Shown piece after piece: positions 26,146-36,493 of a stretch of DNA of 64,000 nt (positions are counted from its first letter, which is position 1; every line of letters starts with the position of its first letter). Source of the stretch: a virus (Duplodnaviria; Caudoviricetes); the IMG/VR virus record IMGVR_UViG_3300031992_002338. The stretch is one strand, 5' to 3'. The position numbers and the translations under genes are program-made. The notes beneath the pieces were generated by a model. That model saw only the letters and a program-made list of their open reading frames with translations, was not told the DNA's origin and did no database searches.

Positions 26146-28514
26146 TATTTCAAAACAATCTTTGAAATATTATTTTCTTTTTTAACTACAACGTTATCAT
26201 CACACCAGTCTTTTATCTCATCATTATGGCTTATTATCCACACAAAATCGTATGACTCGGCAATTTTATGGCATAAATGTTTTATATTATCGTAGTTCTC
26301 TTTTGCTACACGTCCAAAAATTTCATCCCAAACAACTGTATTCATTCTTGGTATCGTTGACATATCAGCCAACACTGCTCTCAGTGCCAATGCTGACGCT
26401 GTAAGCTCAAATCCACTACCACTACTTAGGTCTGAATAGACACCATCTTTAACAAGATAGAACATAACCTCATTCTTTAGGTTAATTCCGACTTCCACAT
26501 CAAAGTCGCACACGTCACCAAGCAACTGAGCCAACCTTGCATTAATAATAGGCAATGTCTTTCTAAGTACCATCTTAGTAATACCATTCTTTCCAACAAG
26601 CTCAAGATAAATCTTCCAGTTCTTAATTAAAACCTCTTCCTCCTTAATCTTATTGATAAGTTTCATTCGAGTTTCAATCTGCTCTCTCTGGTTCTTCATA
26701 TCAGATTCATTCTTTGCAATGAAAGATGCATTACTCTCTCTAGTGTTACGCTTGTCACGAATGAATGCATCAGTATTTCTAATCTGGATGTTTATCTCAT
26801 TATTTTTATCAATAGCCTCACTATTTTTCTCATACTCATCTTTTATATGCTTTTTTTCCTTATATTCGTTTCTTAAACGCTCGACATTTACTTCTAGTGC
26901 AGACTTCTTGATTGTCAACTGTGACTTTTTATTATATTGCTCTCTATTCGCTTTCTGCTTGTCTATCTTCTCTTGTATCGTTTTTTGTTCTTCTCTCTTT
27001 TTCTTACCTTCGTTACTAATCTCTTCTACCTCATGTCCTAATATGCAAAGTTTGGCTTGGTCGAAATTTTGCATTTCTCTTCCACAAACTGGGCACAATC
27101 TACTTGACTGAAGGTGTTTGTAATTCTTGTCTGCTGTTCTATACCTCTCAGTTATTACAGCAATCTCAGAATTTACCTTAGATAATTCCTCTTGGAGTTT
27201 GTCGTACTCTTCTACTGAGAAATCAACCTCTCCTATTTCTTGTATCTCTTTGTCGATAAGTTTTATTTCCTCGCTTTTTTTCTTACCTTCGGCAACATCG
27301 TTTGCCATTCTAGCCTTGAGTGTGGTAATATCAATTTTCAGAAGATTCTCATCAATTTGCCTCTTAGAAGATAGTAATGCTGATTTATTGTTTTCTAGAT
27401 TGGCAATTTCTTTTTCTAAACTAGAATTTTCTTTGATATATTTCTTATTCTCTGCTGCCAAAGTCTTGATATTAAGTTCGTAAGCACTAATCTCTTGTCT
27501 CAATGTCTCTTCATTGAACTGGTTTGATACCAACCTTGTTTTAACCTCTGAATTGAATTTCTCCCTAGCAAGAATATCTTTTTCCTCAATAGGAAGCAAA
27601 CCAATCCATCTTGACAGTAATCTACCTCTTTCAGCTTCTTTTTTATTAACAAGGTCATCTAATGAAGACTCTGTAACAGACATAATCAAGTCGAAATCGC
27701 TTTCTCTTCCTATCGCCTCTTTTATAACTTTATTTGTCTGGATACTATTCTCTTCTTGCTGATTATCAATGTAGTCTTCCAACTCTTCTTTATTATCACC
27801 AATAACCTTGTAATATTCTACTCTCTGTGTGGTTTTGCTCTTGGAAGTTCTTTTATCGAGAGCTGGTCTTGACAATGTTCTCTTGATAATATAATCTACG
27901 CCATCAATGTTGATGCAACCCTCAACAACAACGTTAATAGCTTCTGGTATGTGTTTATTGAATATCTTATCTTGTGTTGCAACCTTGGTAGTTTTTCCAA
28001 ACAACAAGAAATGCAGCAAATCTATGGCAAATGTTGTCTTACCACTCTGATTTGCTGGCTCACCACTCAACAATACAAGATGCTTGATACTTGTGAAGTC
28101 GAAATAGTTATCCTCGCCATAACTTAGAAAATTGCTCCACTTAATCCACTTGATAGAATACCTCCTATACTTGTCATATACTTGGTAGTCAATTTGGGCA
28201 TTAATCTCAGAGTCAATCTTCTTTATTAACTCGAAGTCATAGTCAGTTATCTTATTGACATTGAGATAGTCTTGGAACAATTTTAACTGGAATTGAGGGT
28301 CTTGAATGTTCTGAATAATGTCAGTTGCCAATGCAATATCCCCACTACCATCATTTGATATAATAAACTCTGGTATGACTTTTATTCTATCTTTTGGAAT
28401 TTCATATTTCTTGCTAGCTTTAGCAATCAACGAATTAAGCTTCTCCTTAGAATAATCATAAGGAGAAACCTTCCAGTGTATATTTACTTTTGATTTACTT
28501 TTAATGTCAATCAT
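26145..28514 (-). CDS. SbcC/Rad50 (T4 gp46-like) ATPase
   Basis: NFLSYG, NQSGKTT, CPVC zinc hook, coiled coils, SGSGFE signature, DE Walker B, ISH. Confidence 0.92.
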   Translation of the reverse strand: MIDIKSKSKVNIHWKVSPYDYSKEKLNSLIAKASKKYEIPKDRIKVIPEFIISNDGSGDIALATDIIQNIQDPQFQLKLFQDYLNVNKITDYDFELIKKIDSEINAQIDYQVYDKYRRYSIKWIKWSNFLSYGEDNYFDFTSIKHLVLLSGEPANQSGKTTFAIDLLHFLLFGKTTKVATQDKIFNKHIPEAINVVVEGCINIDGVDYIIKRTLSRPALDKRTSKSKTTQRVEYYKVIGDNKEELEDYIDNQQEENSIQTNKVIKEAIGRESDFDLIMSVTESSLDDLVNKKEAERGRLLSRWIGLLPIEEKDILAREKFNSEVKTRLVSNQFNEETLRQEISAYELNIKTLAAENKKYIKENSSLEKEIANLENNKSALLSSKRQIDENLLKIDITTLKARMANDVAEGKKKSEEIKLIDKEIQEIGEVDFSVEEYDKLQEELSKVNSEIAVITERYRTADKNYKHLQSSRLCPVCGREMQNFDQAKLCILGHEVEEISNEGKKKREEQKTIQEKIDKQKANREQYNKKSQLTIKKSALEVNVERLRNEYKEKKHIKDEYEKNSEAIDKNNEINIQIRNTDAFIRDKRNTRESNASFIAKNESDMKNQREQIETRMKLINKIKEEEVLIKNWKIYLELVGKNGITKMVLRKTLPIINARLAQLLGDVCDFDVEVGINLKNEVMFYLVKDGVYSDLSSGSGFELTASALALRAVLADMSTIPRMNTVVWDEIFGRVAKENYDNIKHLCHKIAESYDFVWIISHNDEIKDWCDDNVVVKKENNISKIVLK

Positions 28515-28658
28515 GTTTAATTTTTATTAATTGATGTTTTCCAATTTTTTCATTATATATTTGATAAGCAACAGTTTCTCCACGATTGTTTTTTAATACT
28601 GGAACAAGCTTACCTATGGAATACAAATATTCAAACCCAAATATTCTTCTCTTCTTTC

Positions 28659-29015
28659 TCATTGTTTCTTAATAATTCGTATTTTTCTTACTGTTACATT
28701 TTCTTTTCTTTCTTCAGTTGGTTGACTTTCTTCTTCTGAGTGGTCAACAAATCTGCTAGGATGTCCTTCATCTTGTTTTCCCTCATCCTCTGTGCGAGAT
28801 TCCTTTTTCTTTGTACTTGAGGCATTTTTCTTAATGTCTTTAATTCCGTTATTTTCCCTGTCAATATTGTCTTTTGGTGATACACCGAACTTAACGATAT
28901 TAAAGCCTTGCATTGCGCATCTATTTGCAAATGCGTTGATGTCTTCGATATCGTTAAACTCGCAATAAGACCTAATAGATTTTTCTAATGTAGAATTAAT
29001 ATATAATCTAGCCAT
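28659..29015 (-). CDS. Hypothetical protein
   Basis: ORF after a host-type promoter at ~29028-29062. Confidence 0.65.
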   Translation of the reverse strand: MARLYINSTLEKSIRSYCEFNDIEDINAFANRCAMQGFNIVKFGVSPKDNIDRENNGIKDIKKNASSTKKKESRTEDEGKQDEGHPSRFVDHSEEESQPTEERKENVTVRKIRIIKKQ

Positions 29016-29124
29016 TTAACATATTTTTGCAAATATATATAAAATTTATATAAATTCCAAATATTTGTTAAATTATATTTAAATTTATAATAATATATTG
29101 TATTTTTTAATAAAATATATTAAA

Positions 29125-29895
29125 ATGGATATTAAGAATAATATTATACTAGGACTTGACATCAGTACAAAAACAATTGGTTTTTGCTTGTTAGAAGATA
29201 ATGGAACTGAATATGGTAAAATATTAGAACTTACTCACATAAACCCAAAAGTTTCATCTAAAATATGTTCTACTGAACAACTATTTTTAAAGAAAAAAAT
29301 TTTTAAAGAATTTATACTAAAATACAAAGATTTAGGCATTAAAACAGTAGTAATAGAAAGTCCATTACTTAGGTCAAATAATGTAAATACTGTTTCAACT
29401 TTATTAAAATTCAATGGAATGATTTCAGATTGCATTTACAATGTGCTAGGGATTGTCCCTCAATATATATCATCATATGAAGCAAGAGAATATGCATTTC
29501 CTGACTTAATGGCAACTAGAAAATATGGTAAAGATGGAAAGCAATACCCATTTTCAAAAATACATAAAGAAATTAAAGATTGTAAATTAGTCTTATTTGG
29601 TAGCTATCCTTGGGCAATTGACAAAAAAATTGTTATGCAAGAAAAGGTTGCAGAAATATTCCCAGATATAAAATGGATTTATGATAAAAAAGGCGAATTA
29701 AAGAAAGAAAATTACGATGCAGTAGACAGTTTTGTTTGCTTAATAGGTTGGCTAAATAAACAAAGATTTGGAGAACTTAAATTTTCTAGCGAAATTATCG
29801 GTGAATCAAACGATGGAAAAGGAACAAGGGAAATTTTGTACGTTGTTAAATATTGGAATAAAACTGAAGAAAGAAAGACTTTCATAAACTATTAA
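29125..29895 (+). CDS. RuvC-like Holliday junction resolvase
   Basis: ILGLDISTKTIG, VVIESP, L..FNG, D..DS. Confidence 0.8.
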   Translation: MDIKNNIILGLDISTKTIGFCLLEDNGTEYGKILELTHINPKVSSKICSTEQLFLKKKIFKEFILKYKDLGIKTVVIESPLLRSNNVNTVSTLLKFNGMISDCIYNVLGIVPQYISSYEAREYAFPDLMATRKYGKDGKQYPFSKIHKEIKDCKLVLFGSYPWAIDKKIVMQEKVAEIFPDIKWIYDKKGELKKENYDAVDSFVCLIGWLNKQRFGELKFSSEIIGESNDGKGTREILYVVKYWNKTEERKTFINY

Positions 29896-29900
29896 AAAAG

Positions 29901-29933
29901 AAAAGCGAGATTCAACAAAGAGTCTCGCTTTTT
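29901..29933. terminator. Bidirectional terminator
   Basis: aaaagcgaga...tctcgctttt. Confidence 0.7.
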
Positions 29934-29936
29934 GAT

Positions 29937-31487
29937 TTAATATATTGCGACATTAAATGTCTCTAACTTTTTATGCGCATTCATCATTGCATGAAATTCA
30001 GCCTTAAGCTGTTCAATTGTTTTCTTTTTTCTTGTATTGCTTGCTTGTGGTACTCTATCAGCCCATTCAATACCATCGACACTCTCACTATTATATGTTG
30101 CTGTATATTTATGCTTAGAATGTGTACCATTCCAATAGAAAAATTCAGATTTGCATATGTTCTTATCTAAGTATATAACTTTTACATTTTTATTTTTCCA
30201 AGAAACATAGTTAAATGATAATTGGTCTCTGTGTGACCCATTTTTTAACTCCTTAAACCAATCTTCCATCAATTTAATACAATCTGGTTTATTATGTTTT
30301 CTTAAGATAATGTTGCTCTGTAATAAACCATATTTTTCTGGAAACCCTTCTTTTTTGTATTTTTCCATTTGAGGCTTTGTTATATTACTTTTGTCTTTAC
30401 CCATTCTTACAACTGCATTTGCTTCTGCATAAATACAGTTTCTTTGTGGGTGTTTCGGAACATATACTGAACAATCAGATGTCATTACATTTTTAACAAA
30501 CTTATTAAGGTCTCCTTTAAGTGTGACATTCCCATCAACCCAAATTGATATATCATATTCACTAAGTAAAAGATGTGGGTTTATTTTAACAAATCTCTGT
30601 TTTTTAATTTGAGATAATCCTTCAGTTTCTTTTGGTAACGGTCTTATATCCCAAATATCGCTTTTTAACGTTTTATTGTCAGTAAAACATATATAATCAA
30701 ATCCTTCTGTTATGTGTTTAGGATTTATTAACGAATCGTATTCACCAGTTATACAAGTATATACAACATTTTTGTTTTTTTCATTTGACCACAACTTTTT
30801 ATGTATTTTAAGCCATTCATCAATAGTTCTGTTATGAATTTTTGTGGTTGTATCCATCCAAGAAGCATTGTTATAGTGTTCGATATAATCTGATACTTTT
30901 ATATCTCTATGTTTCAACCCTATTGAGTCTTTACACAGTACTGCGCCAGTATCATACATATCTCCAAGTGGTGTTTTTCTTAGTCCATGCATAAAATTGT
31001 CATCAAAATAATGTATGTTATGCTTTTTGCACATTTCAGTATTTATGAAACATATGAATGGTAATATTCTATTTATTTTTGATGTTGGCTGATTTTGAAG
31101 TTCTCCAACATATATACAATCATCTTGGAATAAATCAGAACAATCTCTTTTTAATAGAACATCTGAATCCATAAGTATGAAATTATCGTTTATAATTTCC
31201 ATACTTTTTTCAACACTAATACAATGTTTTGCGCTGCCCCAATAGTTTCTTCTACCTCCAGACATCTTTCTATTAGGATAATTTTCAAGCCACTTATCAA
31301 AATTGATTATCTGACCTTTTGTATTATCAAAAACAGTGACGTTATCAAATTTAGCTGTAAAAGGTTTTTCATTACTATTATCAAAAATATAAATAATAGC
31401 ATCCTTTACAAATAAATTAATACTCCTTACCAAACACTCAGTAAGGTAAGGAGTATTATAATGTACTATTAGTATGTTTTTATCCAT
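29937..31487 (-). CDS. Two-domain glycosyltransferase (GT-A/GT2-like plus DUF616-like)
   Basis: IVHYNTP...DN...LMDSD, and a second domain VVYTCITGEYD...ICFTD...IWVDGN...HPQRNCIY.E...RDQLSF. Confidence 0.82.
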   Translation of the reverse strand: MDKNILIVHYNTPYLTECLVRSINLFVKDAIIYIFDNSNEKPFTAKFDNVTVFDNTKGQIINFDKWLENYPNRKMSGGRRNYWGSAKHCISVEKSMEIINDNFILMDSDVLLKRDCSDLFQDDCIYVGELQNQPTSKINRILPFICFINTEMCKKHNIHYFDDNFMHGLRKTPLGDMYDTGAVLCKDSIGLKHRDIKVSDYIEHYNNASWMDTTTKIHNRTIDEWLKIHKKLWSNEKNKNVVYTCITGEYDSLINPKHITEGFDYICFTDNKTLKSDIWDIRPLPKETEGLSQIKKQRFVKINPHLLLSEYDISIWVDGNVTLKGDLNKFVKNVMTSDCSVYVPKHPQRNCIYAEANAVVRMGKDKSNITKPQMEKYKKEGFPEKYGLLQSNIILRKHNKPDCIKLMEDWFKELKNGSHRDQLSFNYVSWKNKNVKVIYLDKNICKSEFFYWNGTHSKHKYTATYNSESVDGIEWADRVPQASNTRKKKTIEQLKAEFHAMMNAHKKLETFNVAIY

Positions 31488-31506
31488 CGTTAACTATATG
31501 TAAAAA

Positions 31507-32391
31507 TTATTTTTCAATACCTTTTGAATACCCGTAGTTATATCCAGCTTCGTTATCAAAACCTAATTTAGGGTTTTTCTTATAGTTATCCCACGCTTTA
31601 TCGCTTGCGTCACTTGCAATTCTTTGTTGTTTAGTTCTTGCATCAACGCTACCATATTTATCATTATGGTATCTTGGTCTTGCAGCTGCTCTGCCCCTAA
31701 CTGCATTTAAAGCAAAATTTCCACGAGGGGTGTCACCAATCTCATTTAAATAGTTTTTTACAGATTCTTTAATAAGTCTATGCAAATCTGATTCCGTTAA
31801 TTTAATAATTTGCTTGTTCATTTTAGTATCTTTTTTAGATTCATTTGACCAACCTTTTCCATTTACATAATGAGATTTCCCACTATTAAAATCTTCAACA
31901 TCCTTCTCAGCATCACGGAATTTTTTACCCATATCATTATTACCATAGAATTCCTCTGGGGTTGTTTCGTGGGCATAATCCCACATTCTAGTCCTTCCAT
32001 AACCGCCATCTTTTCCATATTTTTTACTCATATGATACACATTATGGTTTAATCTATGTGGATTCTCATCACCAAAATCATGGTCACGTGAGCCGCTTAC
32101 AGAAAAATCATCCATAGTATTTAAATTTATAGCACCATTTTCACCACCATAAGGTTTATCGTATTGTCCTTCTAACCCATATTTTTTGTCAAATTCGTCA
32201 CGAGCAGCATTCCTGAAATCATAAGACCTATTCCATTGATGTGCTGTATGAGGGTTGTTTGTCCTAAACTCATCATTTTTCCTAGCAGCATTTGCATATG
32301 TCTTCCAATCAAGCTCTGACAGTACGTTCTTTATGGATTCCTCAATAAAGTTATGAAGGTCTCCTTCTGTCAATCTTAAAATCTTTTTCAT
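31507..32391 (-). CDS. Protein with two IRLTESDLH modules
   Basis: MKKILRLTEGDLHNFIEESIKNVLSE and internal KQIIKLTESDLHRLIKESVKNYLNE. Confidence 0.7.
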   Translation of the reverse strand: MKKILRLTEGDLHNFIEESIKNVLSELDWKTYANAARKNDEFRTNNPHTAHQWNRSYDFRNAARDEFDKKYGLEGQYDKPYGGENGAINLNTMDDFSVSGSRDHDFGDENPHRLNHNVYHMSKKYGKDGGYGRTRMWDYAHETTPEEFYGNNDMGKKFRDAEKDVEDFNSGKSHYVNGKGWSNESKKDTKMNKQIIKLTESDLHRLIKESVKNYLNEIGDTPRGNFALNAVRGRAAARPRYHNDKYGSVDARTKQQRIASDASDKAWDNYKKNPKLGFDNEAGYNYGYSKGIEK

Positions 32392-32399
32392 TGCGTTCT

Positions 32400-32669
32400 T
32401 TAGAAATCCTTTAACCAAAGAGCTTTTTGCAAGTAATCAATAAGCTCATTATTATTTGTACGATATAGTTCTGCTGCCTTTGTAGAGTCAGCACCATCTA
32501 TAGCCTCTTGAGAGTTATAATCCTTGTCACCAAACACACTACTAACTTTGATGATGTCATAGTATGCGCCAACAGCGTAATGTCCATTAGCACCGAATAC
32601 CATAGAATCCTCGTCAAGGTGCATTGCCATTGCTTTTAAAAGGTCACTATCTTTAATTTTTTTTGCCAT
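32400..32669 (-). CDS. Hypothetical protein
   Basis: ORF with an upstream TATTTATT motif. Confidence 0.65.
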   Translation of the reverse strand: MAKKIKDSDLLKAMAMHLDEDSMVFGANGHYAVGAYYDIIKVSSVFGDKDYNSQEAIDGADSTKAAELYRTNNNELIDYLQKALWLKDF

Positions 32670-32765
32670 TTTACGTAAAATATTTTAAAATAAATATCTC
32701 AAAATATTTGTTTTTCTCAATATTTTAATATATCTTTGCAAACAAAAACTAAATTTTTTAAAATT

Positions 32766-33302
32766 ATGAGTATAATAGCATTTAAAATCTTTGAAGACCG
32801 CATTCAAGTGGCAGCAGATGGTAGAGCATTATTAAGTGACCAAATTATATGCGAAAATACGAAAAAAATTAAAAAACTCTCTGATTCCTTAATAATTGGC
32901 ATAACTGGCACTGCTAATTCAAATGGTATATTTGAAAAGTTTATCCTATGTAATCAAAATTATTTTGAGAACTTAAATAATGAAACCGAAGGACTATCAA
33001 TGATGAAACGGTTTAAAGATTATTTGGAAAACTATGGTTATAATGATGAATCAATTAAAAAATTAGGTGGATTTTTAATAGTTAATAAAACTTTTTTATG
33101 TGTGTTTTATTTTGATGAAAATTGTCTTCCTTACACATATTTATGTAGTTACGAAACCAATAGTGGCGCATTCGGTTCAACTGGAATCTATACTACCGCC
33201 TTAATAGATAGTGGCTTATCACTTGAAGAGGCAATAAAAATGTCAGCAAAAAAGTATACTTCAATTAATGATAATGTAACTGTTTTAGAAATTAGTAGAT
33301 AA
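32766..33302 (+). CDS. Ntn-hydrolase (HslV/proteasome beta-like) protein
   Basis: M-SIIAF...VAADGR...KI.K...IGITG...AFGS.G...A.K; start revised to follow the promoter. Confidence 0.7.
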   Translation: MSIIAFKIFEDRIQVAADGRALLSDQIICENTKKIKKLSDSLIIGITGTANSNGIFEKFILCNQNYFENLNNETEGLSMMKRFKDYLENYGYNDESIKKLGGFLIVNKTFLCVFYFDENCLPYTYLCSYETNSGAFGSTGIYTTALIDSGLSLEEAIKMSAKKYTSINDNVTVLEISR

Positions 33303-34324
33303 TGCAAGAATTAGAAAAGCTATATAACATATTAACTGTATTTCTTGGGGATGCAAAAAATGGATTTGATGAAAGAAATTTGCAATTTCAATTTCCATGT
33401 CCACACTGTATAGAAAAATATGGGTATCAAGAGGCTAGAAAATATAACTTAGAGGTATCTCTTGAGAAAGGAGGGGTATATCAATGCTGGAAATGTAGTT
33501 CTGAAGGTGATGACCTTATGCATGGTTCTATTAAAAAACTGATAAAAGCATTTGGAAATGACAAATTATTGGAAGAATACATATCTGTAATTCATTCAAT
33601 AAAAGACAGTGAATTGTATAAACTTCATTTTGATAACTTTGACACTTCGATTATTGAAAAGGAAGAACTGAAACTTCCTCAGTCATTTAAACTTTTCAAA
33701 AAAAATAAAAAAAATAATTATGGAGCAATAAAATATCTCCAAAATAGAGGAATTGGATGGGATATTATAGAAAAATATAAAATAGGATATACTGAAATAG
33801 AAAATGAGAATAAGAAAGGCTCATTCCGCATTATTATACCATCATATAATGCCCTAGGGGAGCTTAATTATTGGGTTGGTAGGGATTATCTACCAAAGTC
33901 TGAAAAATACACTCAGAGGCTAAAATATGACAATCCAAAAGTTGAAAAAAAGGAAATAATATTCAATGAGGAAAAAATACAATGGGATGCTGATATAACG
34001 CTCGTAGAGGGTACGTTTGACCACATTGTTGTACCCAACTCAATACCGCTTTTAGGTAAAGCTTTAAATAAAGACTATAAACTATACTGGGAACTTATAA
34101 ATCGCGCAAATGCAAAAATTAACATAATGCTTGATGGCGATGCCTATGGTACTGTTAAAGAGATATATAAACTGTTGAATCATGGTAGGTTGTATGATAA
34201 AGTGAGGTACATACCAGTTGTGGAAAAAGATGACCCATCATCTTTATATCAAGAAGGTGGCTATAAAAAAATTGCTGAACATCTTGCGAATGCCCAGCAA
34301 ATTAAAGAGGTATACCTATATTAG
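33302..34324 (+). CDS. DNA primase (Zn-binding plus TOPRIM)
   Basis: CPHC...CWKC, YL..RGI, RIIIP, GR, LVEG.FD, LD.DA.G, DPS. Confidence 0.9.
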   Translation: MQELEKLYNILTVFLGDAKNGFDERNLQFQFPCPHCIEKYGYQEARKYNLEVSLEKGGVYQCWKCSSEGDDLMHGSIKKLIKAFGNDKLLEEYISVIHSIKDSELYKLHFDNFDTSIIEKEELKLPQSFKLFKKNKKNNYGAIKYLQNRGIGWDIIEKYKIGYTEIENENKKGSFRIIIPSYNALGELNYWVGRDYLPKSEKYTQRLKYDNPKVEKKEIIFNEEKIQWDADITLVEGTFDHIVVPNSIPLLGKALNKDYKLYWELINRANAKINIMLDGDAYGTVKEIYKLLNHGRLYDKVRYIPVVEKDDPSSLYQEGGYKKIAEHLANAQQIKEVYLY

Positions 34325-35090
34325 TAGTATTATCAAAATTGAACTTTTTCTAGTGCTTTACCAAATTTATGAATGGCTACAAATATTAGCATTAACATTG
34401 CTAATAATACGATGATTACAGCAATTAAAATCCAATCTAATGTGGTCATAGATATTTCTTATTACGTTCAATAATCTTGTTAACAATTTCTTTTGAATCA
34501 CAATCGAGAAATTCATAGTTGAATCTCTCACCTTCCTTGTTACGCACATATGAAGGTTTACCACTTCTAAAGATGTTTATTTCAGAGGCATACACCACCC
34601 TGAACCAAAGAACCCCTCGAAATACAAGCCTAACTTCTTCGTTTAATGTAATTTTATCCATTTTCTCTATAGTATTCAAAGTGTCTGTTTACTTCACCAT
34701 TAGCATTCTTGCAAGGCATAGGGTACTTATAAGGATAACAGAAATCCTTTAAAGCGCATTTCTGACAGTTGTTTGAGGTGTCACCCTCAACAATTATTAG
34801 TTTTCTTCCGAAAATTTCAATCATTGTATTATGTTTTTTTGTTTATGATGCAAAGATACGAAAAAAAATTGGAGTGACCAAATAATCACCCCAACTTTTA
34901 ACACAATTTAATGTAATCATTAATATCCATTTTATTACCGTCTTTATCAAAGAACTTATATGTGGCAATACCATTTTTATTCATATACCACTCTACCCTA
35001 AAATATGGTATGTACTTCTCAGTAGAAGACCATGTAATGTCATCTTCACTATATATTCTAGGCATATCACTTAAATTTTAAAAAAAATTA

Positions 35091-35594
35091 TCACTCAAAC
35101 TTGAAATCATTTAGTCTGTTAAGCCAACCACGTAAGAACTTTTTCTTAGCCCTAGTTGCAATAGATTCAAAATGTTTTTTCCTTCTATTCCAAAGCTTTT
35201 GAAACAACTCCTTTTGATTTGGGTAGTTGTTAATCGCTGCAATTGTCTTCGGACCTACTACACCATCATCTTTAACACCCAAAATCCTTTGTGGAAATTT
35301 GATACCATATACGCCACTAGTCCAATACCAATCAACAAGAAGGTTTGCAATTGATTGATTCTTAATTGCATCACCACTCCATTTATTCCAATAGCGTTGT
35401 ATGAATATGCTATCCCATTGAGAATCCGTAATGTTGCGTAAATCTTTACAAGTCTTTGACTTTCCAAAATATTTCCTATATGTGTTTATTGTAATACCTT
35501 TCATTGTGCATCCTCCATCCGTATCAGCTGGGTCAGATGCATAACCCCCTTCCCATTTTAAAACAATGGGTTTTAATTTCTTATAACTTGCCAT
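35091..35594 (-). CDS. Endolysin, glycoside hydrolase family 108 with peptidoglycan-binding domain
   Basis: WEGGY..DP.D..GG.T.KGIT, DGVVGPKT, FLRGWLNRL. Confidence 0.9.
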   Translation of the reverse strand: MASYKKLKPIVLKWEGGYASDPADTDGGCTMKGITINTYRKYFGKSKTCKDLRNITDSQWDSIFIQRYWNKWSGDAIKNQSIANLLVDWYWTSGVYGIKFPQRILGVKDDGVVGPKTIAAINNYPNQKELFQKLWNRRKKHFESIATRAKKKFLRGWLNRLNDFKFE

Positions 35595-35668
35595 AACTTA
35601 ATATTTTTACAATAAATATTTTGTTTTTTAACAATTTTTTTATATATTTGCAAAAATATGTATATGTT

Positions 35669-36493
35669 ATGAAAAATATTAAATTAGTTATACATTGTGC
35701 CGATATTCATATAAGGTTAAATCAAAGAATGGAAGAATATGTTAATGTTCTTGATAATTTTATAAAAAAATGTAAAGAAATTACAAAAAATTATGAAAGA
35801 AAAGAAATAAGAATTGTAATTTGTGGAGACTTACTACATAGCAAAAATCAACTTAGTCCTAATTTGATTACAATTGCTAGCTTTTTCCTAAGACAATTGG
35901 AAAAAATCGCTACCGTCATTGTAATCGCTGGAAATCATGACTTGGTTGTAAATAATACTTCTAAAATTGATTCTATAACGGCACTATTCGATACAGCAAA
36001 CTTCCAAGACTGCAAATTCCTAGATAGTATGCTAGGATATGAAAGTGGGTTTGTTGAGGATGATAATGTTGTATGGGCTTTATATTCCATATATAGCGGA
36101 TATAACCCACCAAACTTTAATGATTTAACGGTATATGATAAACCAGTTATTGGTCTTTATCATGGAATGGTTGTTGGTGCTTCACTAAATAATGGTACAG
36201 TAGTTGACAACGGAGTTGAAGGTAGCCTATTTGATGGATGTACTTGTGTTATGGCTGGAGATATTCATAAACGACAAATTCTTAAACGTGGTGATGTTGA
36301 CATCGTGTATCCAGGTTCTCTAATTCAACAGACATTTGGTGAAACCGTTTCTCAGCATGGCTTTGTGGTTTGGAATATAGAGAATATGACACATGAATTT
36401 GTTGATTTAAAAACTGAATATGGATTATATGATATTGAGATAGAATCTCTTGAAGATTTAGATAATGATAAAGAAAAACTGATTAACTTTTAA
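35669..36493 (+). CDS. SbcD/Mre11 (T4 gp47-like) metallophosphoesterase nuclease
   Basis: ADIH, GDLLH, GNHD, HG, GDIH, YPGS. Confidence 0.9.
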   Translation: MKNIKLVIHCADIHIRLNQRMEEYVNVLDNFIKKCKEITKNYERKEIRIVICGDLLHSKNQLSPNLITIASFFLRQLEKIATVIVIAGNHDLVVNNTSKIDSITALFDTANFQDCKFLDSMLGYESGFVEDDNVVWALYSIYSGYNPPNFNDLTVYDKPVIGLYHGMVVGASLNNGTVVDNGVEGSLFDGCTCVMAGDIHKRQILKRGDVDIVYPGSLIQQTFGETVSQHGFVVWNIENMTHEFVDLKTEYGLYDIEIESLEDLDNDKEKLINF

